63,009 nucleotides of DNA from Nemertoderma westbladi. Taxonomy: Eukaryota; Animalia; Xenacoelomorpha. Below the pieces are notes generated by a model. It was not told the origin of the DNA, ran no database searches, and saw only the letters and a list, made by a program, of their open reading frames with translations. Shown here piece after piece: positions 10,440 through 25,132 of this stretch. The stretch spans positions 1-63,009 of the forward strand of contig JAUCBJ010003826.1 of NCBI GenBank assembly GCA_032718475.1, read 5' to 3'. The first letter of the stretch is position 1; every line of letters begins with the position of its first letter. The position numbers were made by a program, and so were the translations under genes.

Positions 10440-13400
10440 CACAAGTTCGATAATTCAGGTGTACTATACAAAGAGTCCACAAGCTCGATAATTCAGGTGT
10501 ACTATACAAAGAGTCCACAAGTTCGATAATTCAGGTGTACTATACAAAGAGTCCAAAAGTTCGATAATTCAGGTGTACTATACAAAGAGTCCACAAGTTC
10601 GATAATTCAGGTGTACTATACAAAGAGTCCACAAGTTCGATAATTCAGGTGTACTATACAAAGAGTCCACAAGTTCGATAATTTAGATATACTATACAAA
10701 GAGTCCACAAGTTCGATAATTTAGATATACTATACAAAGAGTCCACAAGTTCGATAATTCAGGTGTACTATACAAAGAGTCCACAAGTTCGATAATTTAG
10801 ATATACTATACAAAGAGTCCACAAGTTCGATAATTCAGATGTACTATACAAAGAGTCAACAAGTTCGATAATTCAGGTGTACTATACAAAGAGTCCACAA
10901 GTTCGATAATTCAGGTGTACTATACAAAGTGTCCACAAGTTCGATAATTCAGGTGTACTATACAAAGAGTCCACCAGTTCGATAATTCAGGTGTACTATA
11001 CAAAGAGTCCACAAGTTCGATAATTCAGATGTACTATACAAAGAGTCCACAAGTTCGATAATTCAGATGTACTATACAAAGAGTCCACAAGTTCGATAAT
11101 TCAGATGTACTATACAAAGAGTCCACAAGTTCGATAATTCAGATGTACTATACCAAGAGTCCACAAGTTCGATAATTTAGATATACTATACAAAGAGTCC
11201 ACAAGTTCGATAATTCAGGTGTACTATACAAAGAGTCCACAAGTTCGATAATTCAGGTTTACTATACAAAGAGTCCACAAGTTCGATAATTCAGATGTAC
11301 TATACAAAGAGTCCACAAGTTCGATAATTCAGATGTACTATACAAAGAGTCCACAAGTTCGATAATTCAGATGTACTATACAAAGAGTCCACAAGTTCGA
11401 TAATTTAGATATACTATACAAAGAGTCCACAAGTTCGATAATTCAGGTGTACTATACAAAGAGTCCACAAGTTCGATAATTCAGGTGTACTATACAAAGA
11501 GTCCACAAGTTCGATAATTCAGGTGTACTATACAAAGAGTCCACAAGTTCGATAATTCAGATGTACTATACAAAGAGTCCACAAGTTCGATAATTCAGGT
11601 GTACTATACAAAGAGTCCACAAGTTCGATAATTCAGGTGTACTATACAAAGAGTCAACAAGTTTGATAATTCAGATGTACTATACAAAGAGTCCACAAGT
11701 TCGATAATTCAGGTGTACTATACAAAGAGTCCACAAGTTTGATAATTCAGGTGTACTATACAAAGAGTCAACAAGTTTGATAATTCAGATATACTATACA
11801 AAGAGTCCACAAGTTCGATAATTCAGGTGTACTATACAAAGAGTCCACAAGTTCGATAATTCAGGTGTACTATACAAAGAGTCCACAAGTTCGATAATTC
11901 AGATGTACTATACAAAGAGTCCACAAGTTCGATAATTTAGATATACTATACAAAGAGTCCACAAGTTCGATAATTCAGGTGTACTATACAAAGAGTCCAC
12001 AAGTTCGATAATTCAGGTGTACTATACAAAGAGTCCACAAGTTCGATAATTCAGATGTACTATACAAAGAGTCCACAAGTTCGATAATTCAGGTGTACTA
12101 TACAAAGAGTCCACAAGTTCGATAATTCAGGTGTACTATACAAAGAGTCCACAAGTTCGATAATTCAGATGTACTATACAAAGAGTCCACAAGTTCGATA
12201 ATTCAGGTGTACTATACAAAGAGTCCACAAGTTCGATAATTCAGGTGTACTATACAAAGAGTCAACAAGTTTGATAATTCAGATGTACTATACAAAGAGT
12301 CCACAAGTTCGATAATTCAGGTGTACTATACAAAGAGTCCACAAGTTCGATAATTCAGGTGTACTATACAAAGAGTCAACAAGTTTGATAATTCAGATAT
12401 ACTATACAAAGAGTCCACAAGTTCGATAATTCAGGTGTACTATACAAAGAGTCCACAAGTTCGATAATTCAGGTGTACTATACAAAGAGTCCACAAGTTC
12501 GATAATTCAGATGTACTATACAAAGAGTCCACAAGTTCGATAATTCAGGTGTACTATACAAAGAGTCCACAAGTTCGATAATTCAGGTGTACTATACAAA
12601 GAGTCCACAAGTTTGATAATTCAGATGTACTATACAAAGAGTCCACAAGTTCGATAATTCAGGTGTACTATACAAAGAGTCCACAAGTTCGATAATTCAG
12701 GTGTACTATACAAAGAGTCCACAAGTTTGATAATTCAGATGTACTATACAAAGAGTCCACAAGTTCGATAATTCAGGTGTACTATACAAAGAGTCCACAA
12801 GTTCGATAATTCAGGTGTACTATACAAAGAGTCCACAAGTTCGATAATTCAGGTGTACTATACAAAGAGTCCACAAGTTCGATAATTCAGATGTACTATG
12901 CAAAGAGTCCACAAGTTCGATAATTCAGATGTACTATACAAAGAGTCCACAAGTTCGATAATTCAGGTGTACTATACAAAGAGTCCACAAGTTCGATAAT
13001 TCAGGTGTACTATACAAAGAGCCCACAAGTTCAATAACTCAGGTGTACTATACAAAGAGTCCACAAGTTCAATAACTCAGGTGTACTATACAAAGAGTCC
13101 ACAAGTTCGATAATTCGGATGTACTATACAAAGAGTCCACCAGTTCGATAATTCAGATGTACTATACAAAGAGTCCACCAGTTCGATAATTCAGGTGTAC
13201 TATACAAAGAGTCCACAAGTTTGATAATTCAGGTGTACTATACAAAGAGTCCACAAGTTCGATAATTCAGGTGTACTATACAAAGAGTCCACAAGTTCGA
13301 TAATTCAGATGTACTATACAAAGAGTCCACAAGTTCGATAATTCAGGTGTACTATACAAAGAGTCCACAAGTTTGATAATTCAGATGTACTATACAAAGA

Positions 13401-16400
13401 GTCCACAAGTTCGATAATTCAGGTGTACTATACAAAGAGTCCACAAGTTCGATAATTCAGGTGTACTATACAAAGAGTCCACAAGTTCGATAATTCAGGT
13501 GTACTATACAAAGAGTCCACAAGTTCGATAATTCAGATGTACTATACAAAGAGTCCACAAGTTCGATAATTCAGGTATACTATACAAAGAGTCCACAAAT
13601 TCGATAATTCAGATGTACTATACAAAGAGTCCACAAGTTCGATAATTCAGGTGTACTATACAAAGAGTCCATAAGTTCGATAATTCAGGTGTACTATACA
13701 AAGAGTCAACAAGTTTGATAATTCAGATGTACTATACAAAGAGTCCACAAGTTCGATAATTCAGGTGTACTATACAAAGAGTCCACAAGTTCGATAATTC
13801 AGGTGTACTATACAAAGAGTCAACAAGTTTGATAATTCAGATATACTATACAAAGAATCCACAAGTTCGATAATTCAGATATACTATACAAAGAATCCAC
13901 AAGTTCGATAATTCAGGTGTACTATACAAAGAGTCCACAAGTTCAATAATTCAGGTGTACTATACAAAGAGTCCACAAGTTCGATAATTCAGATGTACTA
14001 TACAAAGAGTCCACAAGTTCGATAATTCAGGTGTACTATACAAAGAGTCCACAAGTTCGATAATTCAGGTGTACTATACAAAGAGTCCACAAGTTCGATA
14101 ATTCAGGTTTACTATACAAAGAGTCCACAAGTTCGATAATTCAGGTGTACTATACAAAGAGTCCACAAGTTCGATAATTCAGATGTACTATACAAAGAGT
14201 CCACAAGTTCGATAATTTAGATATACTATACAAAGAGTCCACAAGTTCGATAATTCAGGTGTACTATACAAAGAGTCCACAAGTTCGATAATTCAGGTGT
14301 ACTATACAAAGAGTCCACAAGTTCGATAATTCAGATGTACTATACAAAGAGTCCACAAGTTCGATAATTCAGGTGTACTATACAAAGAGTCCACAAGTTC
14401 GATAATTCAGGTGTACTATACAAAGAGTCCACAAGTTCGATAATTCAGATGTACTATACAAAGAGTCCACAAGTTCGATAATTCAGGTGTACTATACAAA
14501 GAGTCCACAAGTTCGATAATTCAGGTGTACTATACAAAGAGTCAACAAGTTTGATAATTCAGATGTACTATACAAAGAGTCCACAAGTTCGATAATTCAG
14601 GTGTACTATACAAAGAGTCCACAAGTTCGATAATTCAGGTGTACTATACAAAGAGTCAACAAGTTTGATAATTCAGATATACTATACAAAGAGTCCACAA
14701 GTTCGATAATTCAGGTGTACTATACAAAGAGTCCACAAGTTCGATAATTCAGGTGTACTATACAAAGAGTCCACAAGTTCGATAATTCAGATGTACTATA
14801 CAAAGAGTCCACAAGTTCGATAATTCAGGTGTACTATACAAAGAGTCCACAAGTTCGATAATTCAGGTGTACTATACAAAGAGTCCACAAGTTTGATAAT
14901 TCAGATGTACTATACAAAGAGTCCACAAGTTCGATAATTCAGGTGTACTATACAAAGAGTCCACAAGTTCGATAATTCAGGTGTACTATACAAAGAGTCC
15001 ACAAGTTTGATAATTCAGATGTACTATACAAAGAGTCCACAAGTTCGATAATTCAGGTGTACTATACAAAGAGTCCACAAGTTCGATAATTCAGGTGTAC
15101 TATACAAAGAGTCCACAAGTTCGATAATTCAGGTGTACTATACAAAGAGTCCACAAGTTCGATAATTCAGATGTACTATGCAAAGAGTCCACAAGTTCGA
15201 TAATTCAGATGTACTATACAAAGAGTCCACAAGTTCGATAATTCAGGTGTACTATACAAAGAGTCCACAAGTTCGATAATTCAGGTGTACTATACAAAGA
15301 GCCCACAAGTTCAATAACTCAGGTGTACTATACAAAGAGTCCACAAGTTCAATAACTCAGGTGTACTATACAAAGAGTCCACAAGTTCGATAATTCGGAT
15401 GTACTATACAAAGAGTCCACCAGTTCGATAATTCAGATGTACTATACAAAGAGTCCACCAGTTCGATAATTCAGGTGTACTATACAAAGAGTCCACAAGT
15501 TTGATAATTCAGGTGTACTATACAAAGAGTCCACAAGTTCGATAATTCAGGTGTACTATACAAAGAGTCCACAAGTTCGATAATTCAGATGTACTATACA
15601 AAGAGTCCACAAGTTCGATAATTCAGGTGTACTATACAAAGAGTCCACAAGTTTGATAATTCAGATGTACTATACAAAGAGTCCACAAGTTCGATAATTC
15701 AGGTGTACTATACAAAGAGTCCACAAGTTCGATAATTCAGGTGTACTATACAAAGAGTCCACAAGTTCGATAATTCAGGTGTACTATACAAAGAGTCCAC
15801 AAGTTCGATAATTCAGATGTACTATACAAAGAGTCCACAAGTTCGATAATTCAGGTATACTATACAAAGAGTCCACAAGTTCGATAATTCAGATGTACTA
15901 TACAAAGAGTCCACAAGTTCGATAATTCAGGTGTACTATACAAAGAGTCCATAAGTTCGATAATTCAGGTGTACTATACAAAGAGTCAACAAGTTTGATA
16001 ATTCAGATGTACTATACAAAGAGTCCACAAGTTCGATAATTCAGGTGTACTATACAAAGAGTCCACAAGTTCGATAATTCAGGTGTACTATACAAAGAGT
16101 CAACAAGTTTGATAATTCAGATATACTATACAAAGAATCCACAAGTTCGATAATTCAGATATACTATACAAAGAATCCACAAGTTCGATAATTCAGGTGT
16201 ACTATACAAAGAGTCCACAAGTTCAATAATTCAGGTGTACTATACAAAGAGTCCACAAGTTCGATAATTCAGATGTACTATACAAAGAGTCCACAAGTTC
16301 GATAATTCAGGTGTACTATACAAAGAGTCCACAAGTTCGATAATTCAGGTGTACTATACAAAGAGTCCACAAGTTCGATAATTCAGGTGTACTATACAAA

Positions 16401-19400
16401 GAGTCCACAAGTTCGATAATTCAGGTGTACTATACAAAGAGTCCACAAGTTTGATAATTCAGATGTACTATACAAAGAGTCCACAAGTTTGATAATTCAG
16501 ATGTACTATACAAAGAGTCCACAAGTTCGATAATTCAGGTGTACTATACAAAGAGTCCACAAGTTCGATAATTCAGGTGTACTATACAAAGAGTCCACAA
16601 GTTCGATAATTCAGGTGTACTATACATAGAGTCCACAATTTCGATAATTCAGATGTACTATACAAAGAGTCCATAAGTTCGATAATTCAGGTGTACTATA
16701 CAAAGAGTCAACAAGTTTGATAATTCAGATGTACTATACAAAGAGTCCACAAGTTCGATAATTCAGGTGTACTATACAAAGAGTCCACAAGTTCGATAAT
16801 TCAGGTGTACTATACAAAGAGTCAACAAGTTTGATAATTCAGATATACTATACAAAGAATCCACAAGTTCGATAATTCAGATATACTATACAAAGAATCC
16901 ACAAGTTCGATAATTCAGGTGTACTATACAAAGAGTCCACAAGTTCAATAATTCAGGTGTACTATACAAAGAGTCCACAAGTTCGATAATTCAGATGTAC
17001 TATACAAAGAGTCCACAAGTTCGATAATTCAGGTGTACTATACAAAGAGTCCACAAGTTCAATAATTCAGGTGTACTATACAAAGAGTCCACAAGTTCGA
17101 TAATTCAGATGTACTATACAAAGAGTCCACAAGTTCGATAATTCAGGTGTACTATACAAAGAGTCCACAAGTTCGATAATTCAGGTGTACTATACAAAGA
17201 GTCCACAAGTTCGATAATTCAGGTGTACTATACAAAGAGTCCACAAGTTCGATAATTCAGGTGTACTATACAAAGAGTCCACAAGTTTGATAATTCAGAT
17301 GTACTATACAAAGAGTCCACAAGTTTGATAATTCAGATGTACTATACAAAGAGTCCACAAGTTCGATAATTCAGGTGTACTATACAAAGAGTCCACAAGT
17401 TCGATAATTCAGGTGTACTATACAAAGAGTCCACAAGTTCGATAATTCAGGTGTACTATACATAGAGTCCACAATTTCGATAATTCAGATGTACTATACA
17501 AAGAGTCCATAAGTTCGATAATTCAGGTGTACTATACAAAGAGTCAACAAGTTTGATAATTCAGATGTACTATACAAAGAGTCCACAAGTTCGATAATTC
17601 AGGTGTACTATACAAAGAGTCCACAAGTTCGATAATTCAGGTGTACTATACAAAGAGTCAACAAGTTTGATAATTCAGATATACTATACAAAGAATCCAC
17701 AAGTTCGATAATTCAGATATACTATACAAAGAATCCACAAGTTCGATAATTCAGGTGTACTATACAAAGAGTCCACAAGTTCAATAATTCAGGTGTACTA
17801 TACAAAGAGTCCACAAGTTCGATAATTCAGATGTACTATACAAAGAGTCCACAAGTTCGATAATTCAGGTGTACTATACAAAGAGTCCACAAGTTCGATA
17901 ATTCAGGTGTACTATACAAAGAGTCCACAAGTTCGATAATTCAGGTGTACTATACAAAGAGTCCACAAGTTCGATAATTCAGGTGTACTATACAAAGAGT
18001 CCACAAGTTTGATAATTCAGATGTACTATACAAAGAGTCCACAAGTTTGATAATTCAGATGTACTATACAAAGAGTCCACAAGTTCGATAATTCAGGTGT
18101 ACTATACAAAGAGTCCACAAGTTCGATAATTCAGGTGTACTATACAAAGAGTCCACAAGTTCGATAATTCAGGTGTACTATACATAGAGTCCACAAGTTC
18201 GATAATTCAGATGTACTATACAAAGAGTCCACAAGTTTGATAATTCAGATGTACTATACAAAGAGTCCACAAGTTCGATAATTCAGGTGTACTATACAAA
18301 GAGTCCACAAGTTCGATAATTCAGGTGTACTATACAAAGAGTCCACAAGTTCGATAACTCAGGTGTACTATACAAAGAGTCCACAAGTTCGATAATTTGG
18401 ATGTACTATACAAAGAGTCCACCAGTTCGATAATTCAGATGTACTATACAAAGAGTCCACCAGTTCGATAATTCAGGTGTACTATACAAAGAATCCACAA
18501 GTTTGATAATTCAGGTGTACTATACAAAGAGTCCACAAGTTCGATAATTCAGGTGTACTATACAAAGAGTCCACAAGTTCGATAATTCAGATGTACTATA
18601 CAAAGAGTCCACAAGTTCGATAATTCAGGTGTACTATACAAAGAGTCCACAAGTTCGATAATTCAGGTGTACTATACAAAGAGTCCACAAGTTTGATAAT
18701 TCAGATGTACTATACAAAGAGTCCACAAGTTCGATAATTCAGGTGTACTATACAAAGAGTCCACAAGTTCGATAATTCAGGTGTACTATACAAAGAGTCC
18801 ACAAGTTCGATAATTCAGGTATACTATACAAAGAGTTCACAAGTTCGATAATTCAGGTGTACTATACAAAGAGTCCACAAGTTCGATAATTCAGATGTAC
18901 TATACAAAGAGTCCACAAGTTCGATAATTCAGGTGTACTATACAAAGAGTCCACAAGTTCGATAATTCAGATGTACTATACAAAGAGTCCATAAGTTCGA
19001 TAATTCAGGTGTACTATACAAAGAGTCCACAAGTTCGATAATTCAGATGTACTATACAAAGAGTCCACAAGTTCGATAATTCAGGTGTACTATACAAAGA
19101 GTCCACAAGTTCGATAATTCAGGTGTACTATACAAAGAGTCCACAAGTTCGATAATTCAGGTGTACTATACAAAGAGTCCACAAGTTCGATAATTCAGAT
19201 GTACTATACAAAGAGTCCACAAGTTCGATAATTCAGATATACTATACAAAGAGTCCACAAGTTCGATAATTCAAATGTACTATACAAAGAGTCCACAAGT
19301 TCGATAATTCAGGTGTACTATACAAAGAGTCCACCAGTTCGATAATTCAGGTGTACTATACAAAGAGTCCACAAGTTCGATAATTCAGGTGTACTATACG

Positions 19401-22400
19401 AAGAGTCCACAAGTTCGATAATTCAGGTGTACTATACAAAGAGTCCACAAGTTCGATAATTCAGGTGTACTATACAAAGAGTCCACCAGTTCGATAATTC
19501 AGGTGTACTATACAAAGAGTCCACAAGTTCGATAATTCAGGTGTACTATACAAAGAGTCCACACGTTCGATAATTCAGGTATACTATACAAAGAGTCCAC
19601 AAGTTCGATAATTCAGGTGTACTATACAAAGAGTCCACCAGTTCGATAATTCAGGTGTACTATACAAAGAGTCCACAAGTTCGATAATTCAGGTGTACTA
19701 TACAAAGAGTCCACAGGTTTGATAATTCAGGTGTACTATACAAAGAGTCCACAAGTTCGATAATTCAGATGTACTATACAAAGAGTCCACAAGTTCGATA
19801 ATTCAGGTGTACTATACAAAGAGTCCACAAGTTCGATAATTCAGGTGTACTATACAGAGAGTCCACAAGTTTGATAATTTAGGTGTACTATACAAAGAGT
19901 CCACCAGTTCGATAATTCAGGTGTACTATACAAAGAGTCCACAAGTTCGATAATTCAGGTGTACTATACAAAGAGTCCACAAGTTCGATAATTCAGGTGT
20001 ACTATACAAAGAGTCCACAAGTTTGATAATTCAGGTGTACTATACAAAGAGTCCACAAGTTCGATAATTCAGGTGTACTATACAAAGAGTCCACAAGTTC
20101 GATAATTCAGGTGTACTATACAAAGAGTCCACAAGTTCGATAATTCAGGTGTACTATACAAAGAGTCCACAAGTTTGATAATTCAGGTGTACTATACAAA
20201 GAGTCCACAAGTTCGATAATTCAGATATACTATACAAAGAGTCCACAAGTTCGATAATTCAGATGTACTATACAAAGAGTCCACAAGTTCGATAATTCAG
20301 GTGTACTATACAAAGAGTCCACCAGTTTGATAATTCAGGTGTACTATACAAAGAGTCCACAAGTTCGATAATTCAGGTGTACTATACAAAGAGTCCACAA
20401 GTTCGATAATTCAGGTGTACTATACAAAGAGTCCACAAGTTTGATAATTCAGATGTACTATACAAAGAGTCCACAAGTTCGATAATTCAGGTGTGCTATA
20501 CAAAGAGTCCACAAGTTCGATAATTCAGGTGTACTATACAAAGAGTCCACAAGTTCGATAATTCAGATGTACTATACAAAGAGTCCACAAGTTCGATAAT
20601 TCAGGTGTACTATACAAAGAGTCCACAAGTTTGATAATTCAGATGTACTATACAAAGAGTCCACAAGTTCGATAATTCAGGTGTACTATACAAAGAGTCC
20701 ACAAGTTCGATAATTCAGGTGTACTATACAAAGAGTCCACAAGTTCGATAATTCAGGTGTACTATACAAAGAGTCCACAGGTTCGATAATTCAGATGTAC
20801 TATACAAAGAGTCCACAAGTTCGATAATTCAGATGTACTATACAAAGAGTCCACAAGTTCGATAATTCAGGTGTACTATACAAAGAGTCCACAAGTTCGA
20901 TAATTCAGGTGTACTATACAAAGAGTCCACAAGTTCGATAACTCAGGTGTACAATACAAAGAGTCCACAAGTTCGATAATTCAGATGTACTATACAAAGA
21001 GTCCACCAGTTCGATAATTCAGATGTACTATACAAAGAGTCCACCAGTTCGATAATTCAGGTGTACTATACAAAGAGTCCAAAGTTTGATAATTCAGGTG
21101 TACTATACAAAGAGTCCACAAGTTCGATAATTCAGGTGTACTATACAAAGAGTCCACAAGTTCGATAATTCAGATGTACTATACAAAGAGTTCACAAGTT
21201 CGATAATTCAGATGTACTTTACAAAGAGTCCACAAGTTCGATAATTCAGGTGTACTATACAAAGAGTCCACAAGTTCGATAATTCAGATGTACTATACAA
21301 AGAGTCCACAAGTTCGATAATTCAGGTGTACTATACAAAGAGTCCACAAGTTCGATAATTCAGATGTACTATACAAAGAGTCCACAAGTTCGATAATTCA
21401 GATGTACTATACAAAGAGTCCACAAGTTCGATAATTCAGGTGTACTATACAAAGAGTCCACAAGTTCGATAATTCAGGTGTACTATACAAAGAGTCAACA
21501 AGTTCGATAATTCAGGTGTACTATACAAAGAGTCCACAAGTTCGATAATTCAGATGTACTATACAAAGAGTCCACCAGTTTGATAATTCAGGTGTACTAT
21601 ACAAAGAGTCCACAAGTTCGATAATTCAGGTGTACTATACAAAGAGTCCACAAGTTCGATAATTCAGGTGTACTATACAAAGAGTCCACAAGTTCGATAA
21701 TTCAGGTGTACTATACAAAGAGTCCACAAGTTCGATAATTCAGGTGTACTATACAAAGAGTCCACAAGTTCGATAATTCAGGTGTACTATACAAAGAGTC
21801 CACAAGTTCGATAATTCAGATGTACTATACAAAGAGTCCACAAGTTCGATAATTCAGGTGTACTATACAAAGAGTCCACAGGTTTGATAATTCAGGTGTA
21901 CTATACAAAGAGTCCACAAGTTCGATAATTCAGATGTACTATACAAAGAGTCCACAAGTTCGATAATTCAGGTGTACTATACAAAGAGTCCACAAGTTCG
22001 ATAATTCAGGTGTACTATACAGAGAGTCCACAAGTTTGATAATTTAGGTGTACTATACAAAGAGTCCACCAGTTCGATAATTCAGGTGTACTATACAAAG
22101 AGTCCACAAGTTCGATAATTCAGGTGTACTATACAAAGAGTCCACAAGTTCGATAATTCAGGTGTACTATACAAAGAGTCCACAAGTTTGATAATTCAGG
22201 TGTACTATACAAAGAGTCCACAAGTTCGATAATTCAGGTGTACTATACAAAGAGTCCACAAGTTCGATAATTCAGGTGTACTATACAAAGAGTCCACAAG
22301 TTCGATAATTCAGGTGTACTATACAAAGAGTCCACAAGTTTGATAATTCAGGTGTACTATACAAAGAGTCCACAAGTTCGATAATTCAGATATACTATAC

Positions 22401-24497
22401 AAAGAGTCCACAAGTTCGATAATTCAGATGTACTATACAAAGAGTCCACAAGTTCGATAATTCAGGTGTACTATACAAAGAGTCCACCAGTTTGATAATT
22501 CAGGTGTACTATACAAAGAGTCCACAAGTTCGATAATTCAGGTGTACTATACAAAGAGTCCACAAGTTCGATAATTCAGGTGTACTATACAAAGAGTCCA
22601 CAAGTTTGATAATTCAGATGTACTATACAAAGAGTCCACAAGTTCGATAATTCAGGTGTGCTATACAAAGAGTCCACAAGTTCGATAATTCAGGTGTACT
22701 ATACAAAGAGTCCACAAGTTCGATAATTCAGATGTACTATACAAAGAGTCCACAAGTTCGATAATTCAGGTGTACTATACAAAGAGTCCACAAGTTTGAT
22801 AATTCAGATGTACTATACAAAGAGTCCACAAGTTCGATAATTCAGGTGTACTATACAAAGAGTCCACAAGTTCGATAATTCAGGTGTACTATACAAAGAG
22901 TCCACAAGTTCGATAATTCAGGTGTACTATACAAAGAGTCCACAGGTTCGATAATTCAGATGTACTATACAAAGAGTCCACAAGTTCGATAATTCAGATG
23001 TACTATACAAAGAGTCCACAAGTTCGATAATTCAGGTGTACTATACAAAGAGTCCACAAGTTCGATAATTCAGGTGTACTATACAAAGAGTCCACAAGTT
23101 CGATAACTCAGGTGTACAATACAAAGAGTCCACAAGTTCGATAATTCAGATGTACTATACAAAGAGTCCACCAGTTCGATAATTCAGATGTACTATACAA
23201 AGAGTCCACCAGTTCGATAATTCAGGTCTACTATACAAAGAGTCCACAAGTTTGATAATTCAGGTGTACTATACAAAGAGTCCACAAGTTCGATAATTCA
23301 GGTGTACTATACAAAGAGTCCACAAGTTCGATAATTCAGATGTACTATACAAAGAGTTCACAAGTTCGATAATTCAGATGTACTTTACAAAGAGTCCACA
23401 AGTTCGATAATTCAGGTGTACTATACAAAGAGTCCACAAGTTCGATAATTCAGATGTACTATACAAAGAGTCCACAAGTTCGATAATTCAGGTGTACTAT
23501 ACAAAGAGTCCTCAAGTTCGATAATTCAGATGTACTATACAAAGAGTCCACAAGTTCGATAATTCAGATGTACTATACAAAGAGTCCACAAGTTCGATAA
23601 TTCAGGTGTACTATACAAAGAGTCCACAAGTTCGATAATTCAGGTGTACTATACAAAGAGTCAACAAGTTCGATAATTCAGGTGTACTATACAAAGAGTC
23701 CACAAGTTCGATAATTCAGATGTACTATACAAAGAGTCCACAAGTTCGATAATTCAGGTGTACTATACAAAGAGTCCACAAGTTCGATAATTCAGGTGTA
23801 CTATACAAAGAGTCCACAAGTTCGATAATTCAGGTGTACTATACAAAGAGTCCACAAGTTCGATAATTCAGGTGTACTATACAAAGAGTCCACAAGTTCG
23901 ATAATTCAGGTGTACTATACAAAGAGTCCACAAGTTCGATAATTCAGATGTACTATACAAAGAGTCCACAAGTTCGATAATTCAGGTGTACTATACAAAG
24001 AGTCCACAAGTTCGATAATTCAGATGTACTATACAAAGAGTCCACAAGTTCGATAATTCAGATGTACTATACAAAGAGTCCACAAGTTCGATAATTCAGA
24101 TGTACTATACAAAGAGTCCACAAGTTCGATAATTCAGATGTACTATACAAAGAGTCCACAAGTTCGATAATTCAGATGTACTATACAAAGAGTCCACAAG
24201 TTCGATAATTCAGGTGTACTATACAAAGAGTCCACAAGTTTGATAATTCAGGTGTACTATACAAAGAGTCCACACGTTCGATAATTCAGGTGTACTATAC
24301 AAAGAGTTCACAAGTTCGATAATTCAGGTGTACTATACAAAGAGTCCACAAGTTCGATAATTCAGGTGTACTATACAAAGAGTCCACAAGTTTGATATTT
24401 CAGGTGTACTATACAAAGAGTCCACAAGTTCGATAATTCAGGTGTACTATACAAAGAGTCCACAAGTTCGATAATTCAGGTGTACTATACAAAGAGT
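10440..24497. repeat. 38-bp satellite array, about 370 copies
   Basis: Head-to-tail unit CACAAGTTCGATAATTCAG(G/A)TGTACTATACAAAGAGTC with few variants and no unique spacers. Confidence 0.99.
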
Positions 24498-24995
24498 TTC
24501 CCGCCAACCACTTAAAGTAGAACCATTCGCATTAGCTAGTCAAGATAACTATAAATCAATTGTAATTAAATGAATCCTTTCCGGCTAACTCATATCCGGA
24601 CTATACGGGCCAGACCTATTTTTTTTTATCAATTTCATTAGGGAAAAGGAGCAGGTTTCAGATCTTATTTGCCAGCCAGAATGATATCCCGAATACTCAG
24701 GTCGCAGATTTACATGAGTGATTACAAACACGATTAATCCTGAAACGAAATGTCCGGACACAAGTCATCCATCTAGTTTGATAAACCTATAAAGGTTGCA
24801 GAAAGGTTCCCATCTGAAAGATTTTCTTATATTTACTCCAAACAATAGGCCTGCGTTTTGTAATCCTTCATTTATAATCACTTATCGCATCTTTGTTGTA
24901 ATTGCCGATTCTTGCACTTTTGGGTTGAATTATATTATTACTGCTATTTATTTAGAGCGCCGCGTGTAATGTAAGTTTCCACTACTGGAATACAG

Positions 24996-25106
24996 TTTTG
25001 CTTTGCTTTGCTTTGCTTTGCTTTGCTTTGCTTTGCTTTGCTTTGCTTTGCTTTGCTTTGCTTTGCTTTGCTTTGCTTTGCTTTTTGCTTTTTGCTTTTT
25101 GCTTTG
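24996..25106. repeat. (CTTTG)n pentanucleotide microsatellite just upstream of a splice acceptor
   Basis: Direct reading of the sequence. Confidence 0.97.
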
Positions 25107-25132
25107 TTTAATTATACAATATTTTTTTATAG

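Noticed and set aside
10440-24497. CRISPR array
   Set aside because: The units are contiguous with no unique spacers, there are no cas genes, and the context is eukaryotic. It is a satellite.
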